Position numbers and translations under genes: made by a program. Shown here piece after piece: positions 62,247 to 64,000 of a stretch of DNA of 64,000 bases. Numbering within the stretch: position 1 is the first letter of the stretch; each line of letters starts with the position of its first letter. Source of the stretch: Eukaryota sp. TZLM1-RC (lineage: Eukaryota > Protista > Metamonada: BaSk clade); assembly GCA_040285825.1 (NCBI GenBank), contig JAUPSS010000010.1, positions 742,881-806,880 of the forward strand, read 5' to 3'. The notes under the pieces are model-generated. The model did no database searches, was not told the DNA's origin, and was given only the letters and a program-made list of their open reading frames with translations.

Positions 62247-62781
62247 AGTTTTTGTGTATAGTTTTTTTGATAGTGTTTATGTTTGGTTTTATTATTGTTT
62301 CACTTAGTTGATGGAATTATCAAATTTTGATTTAGATTGAACCTTATTGTAATTTTTTGGAATGTCTATTGGACAGATAATTCATTCCCCAAAGTATTTG
62401 TGGCTTATATAAAACTTGATCTATTTATATCCATTGTTTTTCAATTTTTTTAAGTGATTCCATTTATTCAGAAATGTACACGTGTACAAAACTTCTAGGA
62501 TTAAAAAACCAATGGTTAACTTGGTTGTGCATGTTTAGGTGGTACATTGATTGCCAACCAAACCTATTGACTTTGTGTTCTAGAACCAAACTTGTTCATC
62601 AACAGCATAAGCATAGTGCAATTACACCAAAATATTGCTACCAACAAAAAAATACACTACCGAAAGATAACGTGCAGTATTTTAAATGAATTTAAAAGCT
62701 GAATCTCAGAGTTCAAGAACCATGACTACGACTCATTGTACTATTACCGTGTACCTAATAAATTGACTTCAAATATGTTCA

Positions 62782-64000
62782 ATGACATTCCCTACCAAAA
62801 TGCTCTGACCATAAGGGTAAGCAAATCGAGCATTATTGCACCAAGTGCAAGGTCGCTCTATGCGATTCATGTGGCTTGCTCTAAGGCCACTCACTTCACC
62901 ACGAAGCTCTTGTTTCTTTTTCGCAAGCCAAGGAAGCCTTCACAAAGCAAATTGAAGAGTTTCAGGCCAATACTTCCACCATTACCCCCTTGGTAGCTCA
63001 ATCAGGGGATAAAGTGGAATCTGTCGTAAGGGAAACCCTCAATCAATCCCAATCAATTCTTCATGATTTGATTGGTGATTTGATTAGACAGTCAGGCACC
63101 AAACTTCAGCAGTTGGAATCCTCAAATACTGTTGAAGAATCGCTTGCTTTTGATGGTGCTGCCAAGGAAAGAGCTCAAGAAGAGATTCAAAAGATTTATA
63201 ATGTAGTTGATGAATTTAAAACTACTTTATTTTGTTGTTTTGATAATTTAGAATCTGAAACTATTGGTTTTAAGCTATCTTTATTAGGAAAGCTACTTGG
63301 TCAGGAATTGATTGATGTTGACAAGCTGAATATTTCAAAAAGAGCTCAAGAACTTGTCTTTGCTGCCCAAATTGGTCAAGATTGTGTCCCTTCAAGAGAT
63401 GAAATTGATGAATTAATTCCTCTTGAAATTGACTTGGAATTAAAACAAAAATTAATTATCAATTTTATCAATAATTCAAAATCAATTAATGTTTCACATT
63501 TTATTTGGCTCTTTAACCTTGAATCTAATTTAGTTTCTAATATTGATTTTGATTTGGTTATTTCTAAATTGGAATTTGGTAGGGTTTCCAATCAAGAATT
63601 TATTAATGTTGTTAATTTTGCAATTCAACAATCTAATTCTTTGTTATTAAGCAAGGTTATTGATAATTATTCATTTGAATTAGTTCCAGATTTACCAACT
63701 ATTCCAAATAATTTATTATCAAACATTACTTTAACAAATTCTTTAAATATAAGAAAAGAAGAATGGTTGGAGAAGGTAATTAAAAAGAATTGTTCAAGGG
63801 ACAACATTGGTGAAATATCCAGAAATTTATTAGGAAGGGAATTGATGACCAAAATTAGTGTTGGGGTTTGGGTTCATTCAGCTAACATAAACGACCTAAC
63901 CACCAAGCTTAATAAAGGTTTAACTGAAAATTGGGGGGATTTAGAAGTTGTTATTAATTCAAGTAGTAACGCCATCAACAATTACTACGAACTTGAACCC
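62782..64000 (+). pseudogene. B-box zinc-finger / coiled-coil protein gene with a 5' frameshift and an in-frame TAA; runs off the window end
   Basis: Frame from 62792 reads LPKCSDHKGKQIEHYCTKCKVALCDSCGLL*GHSLH (B-box) with TAA at 62882-62884, then stays open to 64000. The ATG at 62782 is one base out of frame. Not listed in the ORF track. Confidence 0.7.

Overview
AT-rich, intron-poor eukaryotic (protist-like) genomic DNA. Eukaryotic markers are a minimal SF3A1/Prp21 gene, a divergent cyclin, a Bax-inhibitor-1 family gene, RCC1/LRR genes and a 29-nt GT-AG intron. About ten host genes are separated by dense, nested retroelement debris: several subfamilies of CRE-like RT+RLE non-LTR elements and Ty3/gypsy remnants with very short LTRs. 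There are also two copies of a hAT-type non-autonomous element with 8-bp TSDs and a MULE remnant. A ~17.5-kb gene encodes a ~5,800-aa surface protein with ~9 near-identical 344-345-aa repeats. The most notable observations are: (1) an intact, intronless yqeC-like gene, a marker of the prokaryotic selenium-cofactor/Se-dependent molybdenum hydroxylase trait, next to a bacterial-type yellow/MRJP gene; (2) a decayed Fanzor/TnpB-like nuclease 3' region followed by a structured putative omega-RNA segment and a CAGTG-type transposon end, which the ORF track shows only as a 75-aa fragment; (3) a GC-rich structured RNA locus ending in a perfect tRNA-Val-like 3' half with no proper 5' half; (4) two secretory-pathway proteins with ParB/Srx-type motifs. 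All family calls are from motif recognition by eye; no searches were run.
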